Shown: positions 10,158 through 20,137 of the stretch, in pieces
Layout: every line of letters starts with the position of its first letter
Position numbering within the stretch: the first letter of the stretch is position 1
Source: Oscillospiraceae bacterium
GTDB taxonomy: Bacteria > Bacillota > Clostridia > Oscillospirales > CAG-272
Assembly: GCA_015063895.1 (NCBI GenBank)
Contig: SVTG01000008.1
Coordinates: 156 to 64,155, forward strand
DNA: 64,000 bases
Direction of reading: 5' to 3'
The notes under the pieces: generated by a model
Told to the model about the DNA's origin: nothing
Database searches by the model: none
Seen by the model: the letters and a program-made list of their open reading frames with translations, nothing else
Program-made: the position numbers and the translations under genes

Positions 10158-10550
10158 ATGGCTAATGTAAAGAAAGTCGTTAAGAAACGCCGCGAGCGCA
10201 AAAATATTGAGAAGGGTGCCGTTCATATCAGCGCCACTTTCAATAACACCATTATCACCGTGACCGACGTTGCAGGCAACGCAATTTCTTGGGCTTCTGC
10301 CGGTGAGCTCGGCTTCAAGGGCTCTCGTAAGTCCACCCCCTTTGCCGCACAGTCCGCTGCTGAAACTGCTGCTAAGGCAGCTATGGAGCACGGCCTGAAG
10401 TCCGTTGAGGTTTACGTAAAGGGCCCCGGCTCCGGACGTGAGTCTGCGATCCGCGCACTGGAAACCGTCGGCTTGCAGGTTACGATGATCAAGGACGTAA
10501 CTCCGATTCCCCATAACGGCTGCCGTCCGCCTAAGCGCCGCCGCGTATAA
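10158..10550 (+). CDS. rpsK: 30S ribosomal protein S11
   Basis: 130 aa with [17 protein letters not shown]...[14 protein letters not shown]. Confidence 0.97.
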   Translation: MANVKKVVKKRRERKNIEKGAVHISATFNNTIITVTDVAGNAISWASAGELGFKGSRKSTPFAAQSAAETAAKAAMEHGLKSVEVYVKGPGSGRESAIRALETVGLQVTMIKDVTPIPHNGCRPPKRRRV

Positions 10551-10571
10551 TTTTACAGGAGGTAAAATAAC

Positions 10572-11198
10572 ATGGCAAGATATACTGGTCCCGTATGCCG
10601 TCTTTGCCGCCGTGAGGGCACGAAGCTGTTCCTCAAGGGTGAGCGTTGCATGACGGGTAAATGCGCCCTTGACCGCAGAAGCACTGCTCCCGGTCAGCAC
10701 GGTGCTACAAACAAAAAGGTAAGAGAATATGGTATGCAGCTTCGTGAGAAGCAGAAGACCAAGAGATATTACGGTGTGCTTGAGAAGCCCTTTGCTAACT
10801 ACTACGCAGAGGCAGAGCGCAAGCCCGGCATGTCGGGTGAGAACCTGCTCGTTCTTCTTGAGAGACGTCTTGACAATACCGTTTATCGCATGGGTATGGC
10901 CAGCAGCCGCAAGGAGGCTCGTCAGATGGTTCTTCACGGTCACTTCACCCTCAACGGCAAGAAGGTAACCATTCCCTCGATCTCCGTTAAGGTTGGCGAC
11001 GTGATCGCTATCAAGGAGAGCAGCCGCGATCTTTCTCTGGTGAAGGCTCTTATCGAGGGTGCTGCTACGAAGCTTACCCCCAAGTGGCTTGAGGTCAACA
11101 AGGAAAATGCTACCGCTAAGGTTGTGGCTCTGCCCGCCCGCGATGACATTGACTTTGATTTCAACGAGCAGCTTATCGTCGAGCTTTATTCCAAATAA
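10572..11198 (+). CDS. rpsD: 30S ribosomal protein S4
   Basis: [26 protein letters not shown] plus an S4 RNA-binding domain. 208 aa. Confidence 0.97.
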   Translation: MARYTGPVCRLCRREGTKLFLKGERCMTGKCALDRRSTAPGQHGATNKKVREYGMQLREKQKTKRYYGVLEKPFANYYAEAERKPGMSGENLLVLLERRLDNTVYRMGMASSRKEARQMVLHGHFTLNGKKVTIPSISVKVGDVIAIKESSRDLSLVKALIEGAATKLTPKWLEVNKENATAKVVALPARDDIDFDFNEQLIVELYSK

Positions 11199-11310
11199 TC
11201 CGTTTCACGCACTCGGCGGCGACACGGATGTCATCGGCCGAGAGTTGGCACACAGCTACAAATTTTGCCGCATAGCGGCATGACAAATTTAGTATGGAGG
11301 GTTTATTGGA

Positions 11311-12282
11311 ATGCTTGAAATTGAAAAGCCGAATATCACAATAGATAAGATGAGCGCAGATGGCACACACGGTTTTTTCGTGGTTGATCCGCTTGAGCGC
11401 GGCTATGGCATCACACTTGGCAACTCGCTGCGCAGAATCATGCTCAGCTCCCTGCAGGGTGTTGCTGTAACCAGCATCAAGATCGATGGCGTGCTTCACG
11501 AGTTTTCTACGATCCCCGGTGTGAAGGAAGACGTGACCGAGATTGTTCTGAACGTTAAGGGCATCACGGCAAAGCTTCACAGCACCGCTGCAAAGACTGT
11601 TGTTATTGACGTAACCGGTCCTTGCGAGGTAACGGCAGGCTCTATTTCGCCTGACGCCGATCTGGAGATCCTGAATCCCGAGCATCACATTGCAACGATC
11701 GCCGAAAACAAGCGCTTTTATATGGAGCTCTGCTTTGATCACGGCCGCGGCTACGTGTCGCAGGAGCGTAACAAGCAGATCGCAGCGATTGCATCCGGCA
11801 ACGTTTCGGCTCCGATCGGTACCATCTATACCGATTCCATCTACACACCTGTTTATAAGGTGAACTACTCTGTGGATAGCACCCGTGTGGGCAATAACAC
11901 AGATCTTGATAAGCTGACCATCGAGGTTCTGACCAACGGAACCGTGACGGCCAAAGAGGCGATTTCTCTTGGAGCCAAGATCCTCAACGAACATCTCAAC
12001 TTGTTTGTAAATCTTACCGATGAAGCAAAGAAGGCAGAAATCATGGTTGAACGTGAAGAGACCATCAAAGAGAAGGTTCTTGAGATGACCATTGAAGAGC
12101 TTGACATGTCGGTTCGCAGCTTCAACTGCTTGAAGCGCGCCGGCATTGATACGGTTGAAGATTTGACCAACCGCACCGAGGAGGATATGATTAAGGTTCG
12201 CAACCTCGGCAAGAAGTCGCTGGAAGAAGTTATTCAGAAACTGCACTCGCTCGGTCTTACCTTGAAAAAGGACGAAGACTAA
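11311..12282 (+). CDS. rpoA: DNA-directed RNA polymerase subunit alpha
   Basis: 323 aa with [17 protein letters not shown] and C-terminal domain [17 protein letters not shown]. Confidence 0.97.
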   Translation: MLEIEKPNITIDKMSADGTHGFFVVDPLERGYGITLGNSLRRIMLSSLQGVAVTSIKIDGVLHEFSTIPGVKEDVTEIVLNVKGITAKLHSTAAKTVVIDVTGPCEVTAGSISPDADLEILNPEHHIATIAENKRFYMELCFDHGRGYVSQERNKQIAAIASGNVSAPIGTIYTDSIYTPVYKVNYSVDSTRVGNNTDLDKLTIEVLTNGTVTAKEAISLGAKILNEHLNLFVNLTDEAKKAEIMVEREETIKEKVLEMTIEELDMSVRSFNCLKRAGIDTVEDLTNRTEEDMIKVRNLGKKSLEEVIQKLHSLGLTLKKDED

Positions 12283-12321
12283 GCGCAGGGCACATTGCAA
12301 ATTTATTAGGAGGGAAAACCA

Positions 12322-12669
12322 ATGCCCGGAAGAAAACTCGGCAGACCTACCGCACACCGTAATGCGATGCTGCGCGGTCTTGTGACTTATCTCCTGGAGA
12401 ACGGTTCTGTTGAGACCACTCTCACCAGAGCAAAAGAAGTTCGTTCCATGGCAGAGAAAATGATCACGCTTGGCAAGAAGAATACCCTTGCCAGCCGTCG
12501 TGCTGCTCTTGCGTATATCACGAAGGAAGCTGTTGTTACCAAGGTGTTCAACGAGCTTGCCCCCAAATACGAGGCACGCAATGGCGGTTACACCCAGATC
12601 TTTAAGATGGGTCCCCGTCGCGGTGACGCCGCTGAAATGGCGCTTATCCGCTTAGTGGACGAGGAGTAA
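12322..12669 (+). CDS. rplQ: 50S ribosomal protein L17
   Basis: 115 aa with [18 protein letters not shown]. Last gene of the alpha operon. Confidence 0.96.
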   Translation: MPGRKLGRPTAHRNAMLRGLVTYLLENGSVETTLTRAKEVRSMAEKMITLGKKNTLASRRAALAYITKEAVVTKVFNELAPKYEARNGGYTQIFKMGPRRGDAAEMALIRLVDEE

Positions 12670-12684
12670 TTTTACACAACCACT

Positions 12685-12722
12685 CACCCGTGTCGCGACA
12701 CGGGTGGGTGGTTCTCTTTTTT
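12685..12722 (+). terminator. intrinsic terminator of the alpha operon
   Basis: Stem CACCCGTGTC/GACACGGGTG followed by a T-rich run. Confidence 0.75.
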
Positions 12723-12855
12723 ATGTACATTTGGGCTAAATTGAACGAAAAAAGAGAAAAACATACAAATTGTGTGCAAAACTGTACAAAAATTCGCGGT
12801 TTTCGTGTATAATGGAGAGTGAGACATACGCGTCATTCAAAAGGAGGGGGATATC

Positions 12856-13731
12856 TTGCAAAAATACCGTTTTGCGAAGAATATTGATATTGAATCACTT
12901 TCATCCTTTCATTATTTTGAGTTTGACGACAGGTTTGTGGATCATTTTGAATCCCATGAGCCCTGGGAGCTGGTATATATCGATCGTGGCGAATGCTATA
13001 TCGTCACCGACACAGAGCGCTTTTTGCTTTCGCAGGGGGAAATGTATTTCCATAAGCCCTATGAGCGGCACAAGCTGGAAATGTCCCGGGGGAGCTATCC
13101 CAATGTGCTGATCCTGACTTTTTCTACCGCATCCCGAGCAATGTGTTATTTTGAGGGACGTAAGCTTCAGGCGTCGCTTTCTACCAAGCAGCATATTGCT
13201 GCCATTCTGCACGAGGCCACCCACACCTTTGAAGAGCCCTTTCACGTACCCTATGAGGGGAACCTGGAGTTGAAGCGTGACAATGCGCTGTGGGGCGGTG
13301 AGCAGACCATTCTTTTGCGTTTGGAGCTGATGCTGATAGAGCTGGTGCGCAACAATCGCTATTATGCGGAAAGCCCTCGGCGTTTTTACGGTAAGGAGTT
13401 GGTTACGGACGATTTTTGTCTGCGAGTTATCGCATTTATGGAGCAATTCCTGTACGAAAAATTCAGCATGGATGATCTGTGCCGCGAGCTCTCCTTCTCC
13501 AAATCCTATATTTCCAAGCGCTTTGTCAGCGTTTGCGGTGTTTCGGTGATGGAATACTTCAATATGATGAAGGTGGGCGAGTGCAAGCGTCTGATCCGAG
13601 AGACCGAGAAAAATTTTCAAGAGATCTCCGACAGCCTCGGCTTTTCCAGTGCACATTATTTTTCCACCATTTTCAAAAAATACGTGGGCATGACCCCCAC
13701 CCAGTATAAAAAGTCTTGCAAGACTGACTAA
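12856..13731 (+). CDS. AraC-family transcriptional regulator (cupin-like N-terminus plus HTH)
   Basis: TTG start behind AAGGAGGGGG. C-terminal AraC HTH region with ...SAHYFSTIFKKYVGMTPTQYKK. Confidence 0.85.
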   Translation: MQKYRFAKNIDIESLSSFHYFEFDDRFVDHFESHEPWELVYIDRGECYIVTDTERFLLSQGEMYFHKPYERHKLEMSRGSYPNVLILTFSTASRAMCYFEGRKLQASLSTKQHIAAILHEATHTFEEPFHVPYEGNLELKRDNALWGGEQTILLRLELMLIELVRNNRYYAESPRRFYGKELVTDDFCLRVIAFMEQFLYEKFSMDDLCRELSFSKSYISKRFVSVCGVSVMEYFNMMKVGECKRLIRETEKNFQEISDSLGFSSAHYFSTIFKKYVGMTPTQYKKSCKTD

Positions 13732-13743
13732 AGGAGACACAGT

Positions 13744-15072
13744 ATGCGCATTGGATTTGCAGAAAGAGATATTACACCTGCTATCGGTAAACAAATGCCG
13801 GGCGGCTCTCACGTGCTGACTGCTACCAAGCCTGCCCGTGGCAAGCTTTTGGCTGTTGCTGCTGCCTTTGAGAGTGACGATGGGGCAGTGATCCTGGTAT
13901 CCACGGATATGCTGCATATGAGTGATGTTTTTGCCAATGATGTCCGTGATCGTATTTCCGTTGCCACGGGTGTGGGGCGGGAGCGCGTCATGGTCTGCGC
14001 CACACATTCTCATACAGCAGGCGCTACGGATCATCCGATTTGGGATTGCCCGGCCGACCCTGAGGTGGCAGTGCTGACTGCTAACGGTATGGTAGAGGCG
14101 GCTACCGAGGCCTTTTTTTGCCGTGCCGAGGGTGGCTTTGGCGTTGGTGTCGGTGAGGATGCCCGCTATGGCTTCTGTCGGGATTATTATATGGCCGATA
14201 CCGGCAACATCAAGACCAATCCGGGCTATGAGCGCCCCATCGTGCGTCCTGCGGACGTACCGGATTCCAGCGTGAACGTGCTGCGCGCCGAGGACGGTGC
14301 AGGCAATATCGTCGGCTTCATCGTCAATTACGCCAACCATCCCGATTGCCACGGTAGCTCACGGAACAAGGATCGCTTCAGTGCAGATTATCCGGGCGCA
14401 TTGCGCCGTACGCTGAAGCGTATTTACGGCGAGGACGTCAAGGTACTGTTTTTCAATGGATCGGCGGCAGATATCAACTGCTACGACTTTATCGGCAAGC
14501 GTCATTTCGGCTATTGTGGCGGCACAAAAAACGCTCCTGAGGCCATCGGCGCGGGACTTGCCTCTACGGTGGCCGGTATCAACGGCAGTATCACCCTTAC
14601 CGAGGATCACCGCACGGGTGCGGGCTTTGGTATGGTACACGTGACCGCCCGCAAGCCAACGGCGGAGCAGGTCGCCTGGGCACACGAGGTGATGAAGAAT
14701 CCGGAGTCTTATTCCTATTCGGATCGCGGCTATGCTGCCGATTACGTGATCCCGTATACGGAGGATTTTTTGGATATTCCTGTATACACCCTACGCTTGG
14801 GACCGTGGGCCATCGTGGGTTTGCCCGGTGAGGTCTATACCGTGATCGGGCGAAATATCAAGGAGCGCTCACCCTTTTTACACACGCTGATCTTTGAACT
14901 GGCCAACGGTGTGTGCGGCGGATACTTTACCCCCGCGCATATTCAGGCCTCACCCGAGTCCTACGCAGCCCAGATCTTTCGCGGTAACGGCTATACCGGG
15001 CCCGAGACCGCCGATAAGCTGGTTGAGGAGGCGCTGCGACAGCTTACTGAATTAAAAAATAACGAAGCATAA
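13744..15072 (+). CDS. neutral/alkaline ceramidase-like N-terminal-domain hydrolase (function uncertain)
   Basis: Start pattern RIGFAERDITPAIGKQMPGG and CATHSHTAG resemble the ceramidase-type metal-site blocks. 442 aa with a good RBS. Confidence 0.55.
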   Translation: MRIGFAERDITPAIGKQMPGGSHVLTATKPARGKLLAVAAAFESDDGAVILVSTDMLHMSDVFANDVRDRISVATGVGRERVMVCATHSHTAGATDHPIWDCPADPEVAVLTANGMVEAATEAFFCRAEGGFGVGVGEDARYGFCRDYYMADTGNIKTNPGYERPIVRPADVPDSSVNVLRAEDGAGNIVGFIVNYANHPDCHGSSRNKDRFSADYPGALRRTLKRIYGEDVKVLFFNGSAADINCYDFIGKRHFGYCGGTKNAPEAIGAGLASTVAGINGSITLTEDHRTGAGFGMVHVTARKPTAEQVAWAHEVMKNPESYSYSDRGYAADYVIPYTEDFLDIPVYTLRLGPWAIVGLPGEVYTVIGRNIKERSPFLHTLIFELANGVCGGYFTPAHIQASPESYAAQIFRGNGYTGPETADKLVEEALRQLTELKNNEA

Positions 15073-15083
15073 AGGAGAAAGCA

Positions 15084-17036
15084 ATGTATCGCATTTGTAA
15101 AATTACGAGCAATCCCGTAGTGGATTTTGCCGCCGAGGAGCTGAAAAAATATTTGCGTATGATGATGCCGCGCTGCGGTGAGATCGAGATCGTCTATGCG
15201 CCCGATGCCACCGATGGCTTTCGCCTTGGTCTGATGTCCGATTTCGGTCTTGATACCTATGAGGCCGAGGATCTGTTCCTTGACGATATCCTTCATGTGG
15301 ATACTGATACTGAGGGCGGCGTGATCGCAGGCAGCAATCCGCGCAGCGTCCTGCAGGCTGTTTATCGCTATTTGATGCAAAACGGTTGCCGTTGGCTTTT
15401 CCCGGGTGTCGATGGCGAGTATATTCCGATCGTGGATATCAAGCCTGTTCAGTATCACAAAATGGCCGATACCCGTGTACGTGCACAGTGCAACGAGGGT
15501 GCCGAAAGCCAGACCTGCATGCTGGAGACGATCGATTTTTCTCCCAAGATCGGTCTGAACTCCTACATGATCGAATTTGACAATCCCAAGGTCTATTATA
15601 AGGATTATTACAATCATCGCAACAATGAGGAAAACCGTGAGCCCGAACCCGTATCCGACGAGCAGGTGCTGCAATGGAAGCGTCAGTGCGAGGTGGAGAT
15701 CGCCAAGCGCGGTCTGATCTTCAACGATATGGGTCACGGCTGGACGGCAGAGCCCTTTGGGCTCGATACCACCGAGGGGTGGACTGCCGATGAGAACGCA
15801 AAGATCCCGGAGGAGAGCCGTGAGTACGTCGCTATGATGAATGGCGTGCGCGGCCTTTACAAGGGTGTTGCGCTGAACACCAACTTCTGCATGTCCAATC
15901 CAAAGGCGCGCACGATCGTGGCGAAGGCTATTGCGGATTATGCCGAAAGCAGCAGTAACGTAGATTTTCTGCACGTGTGGCTGGCTGACGCTAACAACAA
16001 CCACTGTGAGTGTGAGGAGTGCCGCAAGAAGACCGTTTCGGACTGGTACGTGATGATGCTCAACGAGCTTGATGCGATCTTAACCGACCGCGGTCTGCCG
16101 ACCCGTATCGTGTATATCGTTTACTACGATACCTCCTTCCCGCCGACCACCGAGAAGCTGAACAATCCCGCTCGCTTCTCTATGCTGATGGCGGCTATTA
16201 CGCGTAGCTACACCTCGACCCCCGAGATGGTGGCAGACTGCTCCGGGCTGCGCCCCTTCAACCTGAATCAAAATATTTTCCCCAACGATCTCGGTGAGTA
16301 TATGGCCTACGGCGAGGAATGGCAGAAATCCTGCCCCGCGCCCCGTCTTGCTTACGAGTACCACTTCTGGTGGCATCAGTTCTGCGACGTGGGCGGCATA
16401 CAGTTTGCCCGTCGCATTTACGAGGATAACAAGGCTTACCGTAAGGCAGGCTATCAGGGCATCATTCAGGACGGTAGCCAGCGCAGCTTCTGGCCCAACG
16501 GCTTCTCCTTCTGGATCTACGGCGAAACGCTCTTTGACGGCAGCCGCAGCTTTGAGGAGCTGGTAGAGGACTATTTCTCGCACGCCTACGGCGAGCATTG
16601 GCAGGAGATCGTTGCTTACCTTACGGAGATCAGCCGTCGCTTTGACGTGAATTATCTCGAGGTTGAGCACAGATCGATGAAGGACTTCACCGACCCCGCC
16701 CATGCCGTGACGCTCCGTACGATCCCCGCGTTTGTTGAGGAGATGGAGCCCCGGCTGAAGGAATGGACCTACAGCCGTTACCGTGTGCAGACCGTTGCCA
16801 TGCGTCTGCTCCGTTACCACGCGTGGTACAGCAAGGCGTTGGCCAACGTCTTTGCGATCCGCGCCGACGGCGATATCCAGGGCGCGAAGGAGGCCTACGA
16901 TGCATTTTACCGTGATTTCGGTAAGTGTGAGGTTGAGATCGAGCGTTATTTCGATCAGTGCCTTGCACGCAGAACCTTCAACCGTGCCGTGCTCCGCTTG
17001 CCTGAGAACAAGCCGGTATCTGCCGAGCAGCAATAA
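15084..17036 (+). CDS. DUF4838-like putative glycoside hydrolase (function uncertain)
   Basis: 650 aa, translationally close to the upstream gene. Contains a Cys cluster NNNHCECEECRK, recalled as typical of DUF4838-type proteins. Confidence 0.45.
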   Translation: MYRICKITSNPVVDFAAEELKKYLRMMMPRCGEIEIVYAPDATDGFRLGLMSDFGLDTYEAEDLFLDDILHVDTDTEGGVIAGSNPRSVLQAVYRYLMQNGCRWLFPGVDGEYIPIVDIKPVQYHKMADTRVRAQCNEGAESQTCMLETIDFSPKIGLNSYMIEFDNPKVYYKDYYNHRNNEENREPEPVSDEQVLQWKRQCEVEIAKRGLIFNDMGHGWTAEPFGLDTTEGWTADENAKIPEESREYVAMMNGVRGLYKGVALNTNFCMSNPKARTIVAKAIADYAESSSNVDFLHVWLADANNNHCECEECRKKTVSDWYVMMLNELDAILTDRGLPTRIVYIVYYDTSFPPTTEKLNNPARFSMLMAAITRSYTSTPEMVADCSGLRPFNLNQNIFPNDLGEYMAYGEEWQKSCPAPRLAYEYHFWWHQFCDVGGIQFARRIYEDNKAYRKAGYQGIIQDGSQRSFWPNGFSFWIYGETLFDGSRSFEELVEDYFSHAYGEHWQEIVAYLTEISRRFDVNYLEVEHRSMKDFTDPAHAVTLRTIPAFVEEMEPRLKEWTYSRYRVQTVAMRLLRYHAWYSKALANVFAIRADGDIQGAKEAYDAFYRDFGKCEVEIERYFDQCLARRTFNRAVLRLPENKPVSAEQQ

Positions 17037-17045
17037 TGACACGAA

Positions 17046-17080
17046 CACCCCCGTTTGCATCGCAAACGGGGGTGCTTTTA
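17046..17080. terminator. bidirectional terminator between convergent genes
   Basis: Stem ACACCCCCGTTTGC/GCAAACGGGGGTG, then CTTTTAT on the plus strand. It abuts the stop of the minus-strand gene. Confidence 0.7.
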
Positions 17081-18199
17081 TGCCTTGAGCGCCTGCCACA
17101 GCGCGTCGACCTCTTGTAGCGTGTTGAAGGGGCCAAAGCTGACGCGCACCGCACCCCCCTCGGGCGTGCCGAGTGCGGCGTGTGCCAGAGGTGCGCAGTG
17201 CAGCCCCGCGCGCACGGCGATGCCCGCCTTGTCGAGCGACCGGGCAAGAGAGGTGGCCGACCTTGTGCTGTGTGAAAAGAGTAATACTGCCCCCGCGTGC
17301 GTCGCTTGATAGATCTGAATGCCGCCTAGTGTCTCAAGACGCTCTCTTGCCGCCAAAAACAGCGTTTTTACGCGACTTTGTATTTCATCGAGGCCAAGGC
17401 TCCTCACAAAGCCGATGCCGCTCAAAAGCCCCGCGATAGCGGGCGTCGGGAGGGTGCCTGCCTCAAGGCGCTCGGGCAGGGAGGGGGGCATCGCGTGTGC
17501 ACGCGAGTCGTAGCCGCTGCCCCCTTGCACGAGGGGTGCTGGCATCACGTGCGGTGCCAGAGCCAGCACGCCGCACCCCTGTATACCAAGCAGCCCCTTG
17601 TGCGCGGGGAGAGCAAGGGCATCGATCTGCATCGCGGCCATATCGATCGGCAGGTGTCCCGCTGATTGTGCGGCGTCCACCACAAAGGTGATGCCGTGGG
17701 CACGGCACAGCGCTCCGATCCTTGCAAGGGGTAAGTACACCGAGCAGACGTTGCTCGCGTGTACACATACCAGCAGGCGTGTGTCGGGGCGTATCCTGTG
17801 TGCAATATCCTGCAGGATCGCCTCGTCGTCAAGCCCGATCACGCGAAAGCGCTCAAGGCTGATATGCCTTGCTGCCCTCAGGGCGTATAGCGGACGCATC
17901 ACGGCGTTGTGCTCCAGCTCCGAGTAAAGCACGTGATCGCCCTCGTGCACCAGCCCCCAGAGCGCCGCATTCAGCGCATAGGTGGCGCTCGGCATAAAAA
18001 CGATCTGCTCGGGCGCCGCTGCCCCCAATAGCGTGCATGCCGCCTCGCGGCAGGTGTATACCGTTTCGGCGGCGGCAAGCGAAAGGCGGTGCGCGCCGCG
18101 CCCGGGGTTTCCGCCGCGCTCGCGCACGCACGTCGCGATCGCCTCCAGCACTGCGGGGGGCTTCGGGTTGCTGGTGGCGGCGTTGTCAAAATAGATCAA
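17078..18199 (-). CDS. cysteine desulfurase-family class V aminotransferase
   Basis: MIYFDNAATSNPKPPAVLEAI start and PLP-enzyme blocks (...ALPAHKGLLGIQGCG...). 373 aa. Confidence 0.85.
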   Translation of the reverse strand: MIYFDNAATSNPKPPAVLEAIATCVRERGGNPGRGAHRLSLAAAETVYTCREAACTLLGAAAPEQIVFMPSATYALNAALWGLVHEGDHVLYSELEHNAVMRPLYALRAARHISLERFRVIGLDDEAILQDIAHRIRPDTRLLVCVHASNVCSVYLPLARIGALCRAHGITFVVDAAQSAGHLPIDMAAMQIDALALPAHKGLLGIQGCGVLALAPHVMPAPLVQGGSGYDSRAHAMPPSLPERLEAGTLPTPAIAGLLSGIGFVRSLGLDEIQSRVKTLFLAARERLETLGGIQIYQATHAGAVLLFSHSTRSATSLARSLDKAGIAVRAGLHCAPLAHAALGTPEGGAVRVSFGPFNTLQEVDALWQALKA

Positions 18200-18204
18200 G
18201 GTCT

Positions 18205-18450
18205 TTATCCTTTGCTGATGAATTGTGAGGGCTGAATGCGTACGGCGGCAAGGGCTGCACGCACGGTCCGCTCATCGGCTTCAAAAAATTCAATGCCGTA
18301 GGCGCACCCGCGCCGCGTTTGCTCGGGCGAGAGTGCGATCACCTCGGCAGCGATACCCTCGCTCGCCAACGCGCGCTGTGCCTTGATGGCTACTGTCATC
18401 GCGCCGATAGCTGCCACGGTTTTCTTTTTCTGCGTAGGGTAATACATCAT
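18205..18450 (-). CDS. DUF3343 (putative Se/S carrier-like) small protein
   Basis: 81 aa starting at ATGATG 18450 behind GGAGG. AIKAQRAL...GIAAEVIALSPEQTRRGCAYGIEF matches the DUF3343 pattern. It lies 5 nt upstream of the desulfurase. Confidence 0.7.
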   Translation of the reverse strand: MMYYPTQKKKTVAAIGAMTVAIKAQRALASEGIAAEVIALSPEQTRRGCAYGIEFFEADERTVRAALAAVRIQPSQFISKG

Positions 18451-18597
18451 AGCCTCCTGCAAAGAGATGCACGACTGCATCTCAATGACAATATATGGAT
18501 AAAGCAGGGAAAACGCGCATAAAATTTGCCGCTGCGGTTGACAAAGCGGCGAGTATGCTTTAAAATAAAATATATATGTGATGAAAGGAGGTACGCT

Positions 18598-20124
18598 ATG
18601 CTGAAAACGTTGCTGCACAAATGCCGCGAGGCATTGGTTTCGGTATTGCCCGTCACGCTGATCGTGCTGGTGCTGTACGTCACGCCCTTCGTTACGCTCA
18701 CAGCGCTTGAGCTGTGTGTTTTTTTGCTGTCCTCCTTGTTTTTGGTGCTGGGCATCGGCCTTTTTAACCTCGGTGCCGATATGGCTATGACGCCCATGGG
18801 TGTACAGGTGGGTGCAGGTCTTTCCAAATCCCGTCAAGTGAGCGTCCTGCTGTCGGTCAGCTTTTTGCTCGGTGTGCTGATCACCGTGGCCGAGCCTGAC
18901 CTTTCGGTGCTGGCAACGCAGGTCAGTGCAGTTTTAAACGGCACAGCCCTGATCGTGACGGTGGGCGTCGGCGTGGGGCTGTTTTTGATATTGGCGATCC
19001 TGCGTATCGTCACCAAAACAGGTCTTTCCAAGATCCTGATGATTTTTTATATGATGGTCTTTGCCCTCGCCGCCTTAGTGCTTGAGCGTGGGGGAGGGGG
19101 ATTTCTTGCCCTTGCCTTTGACTCGGGCGGCGTGACCACGGGGCCGATCACCGTTCCCTTTATCATGGCGCTCGGTGCAGGTATTGCGACAACGCTCGGC
19201 GGTAAGGATGCGGGTGAAAACAGCTTCGGTCTGGTGGCGCTTTGCTCGATAGGACCCGTTTTGGCTGTCATGCTGCTGGGGCTTTTTGCGGACGGTAGTA
19301 TGGTGTATACGCTGCCCGATTATTCGGTAGGGGCGCACCTTGGTGCGGCACTTTTGAACACCGTCATAGGGGTAATCCGTGAGGTCGGCCTCGCGCTGGG
19401 GCTGCTGGTTGCCTTTTTTGCCGTGATGCAGGTGCTGTTTTTGCGTCAACCGCGCCGCAGGCTTTATCGCATCGGCGTGGGCATTTTGTATACCTTTTTA
19501 GGACTTGTGATGTTTTTGTCGGCAGTCACGGTCGGCTTTATGCCGATCGGTTACCGCGTTGGCTATGATCTCACGCAGGGCAATCACGTGTTCTTGGTTA
19601 TGATGGGCTTTTTGCTCGGTCTTGTCGTGGTGCTGGCGGAGCCCGCCATTCACGTGCTGAAAAGACAGGTGGAGGATATTACAAACGGCACCGTCAGTAA
19701 AAATGCCATGATGCTGGCGCTGTCGATCGGTGTCGGTGTCTCCATTGGTCTGTCGATGATCCGTATTATTTTTGACTTCAGTATTCTTTATTATCTGATC
19801 CCCGGTTATTTTTTGTCGCTGGGGTTATCCTTCTTCGTGCCGCGTCTGTATACCGCCATTGCCTTTGACTCGGGTGGCGTCGCGAGCGGTCCCTTGACCT
19901 CAAGCTTTATTTTGCCGCTTGCGGTCGGTGCGTGCGTGGCCTTGCAGGGCGTTCCCGCGGTGATGCAAAATGCCTTCGGCATCGTTGCCATGGTCGCGAT
20001 GACCCCGCTCATTACCATTCAGGTCATGGGCTTCCGTGCCGTGATGGCAGGCAAGGTGCGTGACAGTATTATGATGAAGCAGATCCTTGGCGCCGATGAC
20101 GCGCAGATCATTGATTTTATGTAA
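18598..20124 (+). CDS. DUF1538-family polytopic membrane protein (putative transporter)
   Basis: Start at ATG 18598 behind AAAGGAGG. 508 aa with two internally repeated halves, each containing AFDSGGV(T/A)(T/S)GP. Confidence 0.75.
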   Translation: MLKTLLHKCREALVSVLPVTLIVLVLYVTPFVTLTALELCVFLLSSLFLVLGIGLFNLGADMAMTPMGVQVGAGLSKSRQVSVLLSVSFLLGVLITVAEPDLSVLATQVSAVLNGTALIVTVGVGVGLFLILAILRIVTKTGLSKILMIFYMMVFALAALVLERGGGGFLALAFDSGGVTTGPITVPFIMALGAGIATTLGGKDAGENSFGLVALCSIGPVLAVMLLGLFADGSMVYTLPDYSVGAHLGAALLNTVIGVIREVGLALGLLVAFFAVMQVLFLRQPRRRLYRIGVGILYTFLGLVMFLSAVTVGFMPIGYRVGYDLTQGNHVFLVMMGFLLGLVVVLAEPAIHVLKRQVEDITNGTVSKNAMMLALSIGVGVSIGLSMIRIIFDFSILYYLIPGYFLSLGLSFFVPRLYTAIAFDSGGVASGPLTSSFILPLAVGACVALQGVPAVMQNAFGIVAMVAMTPLITIQVMGFRAVMAGKVRDSIMMKQILGADDAQIIDFM

Positions 20125-20137
20125 AGGGGGTGCAGCT

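Noticed and set aside
208-12581. Long antisense or out-of-frame ORFs across the ribosomal cluster, for example 351-1406, 1960-2769, 4289-6091 (600 aa), 9564-10943 and 11173-12357.
   Set aside because: The opposite strand encodes universally conserved ribosomal proteins, SecY and RpoA in the canonical order. The antisense products are low-complexity with no recognisable motifs.
12770-13111. 113-aa ORF overlapping the start of the AraC gene.
   Set aside because: It is in a different frame from a well-supported AraC regulator that has a strong RBS at TTG 12856. It has no motifs of its own.
16080-18228. A pile of overlapping ORFs in all frames around the cysteine desulfurase gene; also considered as a GC-rich horizontally acquired patch.
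   Set aside because: The ORFs are the usual by-product of GC-rich coding DNA, and only the desulfurase frame has enzyme motifs. I cannot compute GC content or codon statistics here, and other genes in the window (ABC-F, GH78) look similarly GC-rich, so I make no HGT claim.
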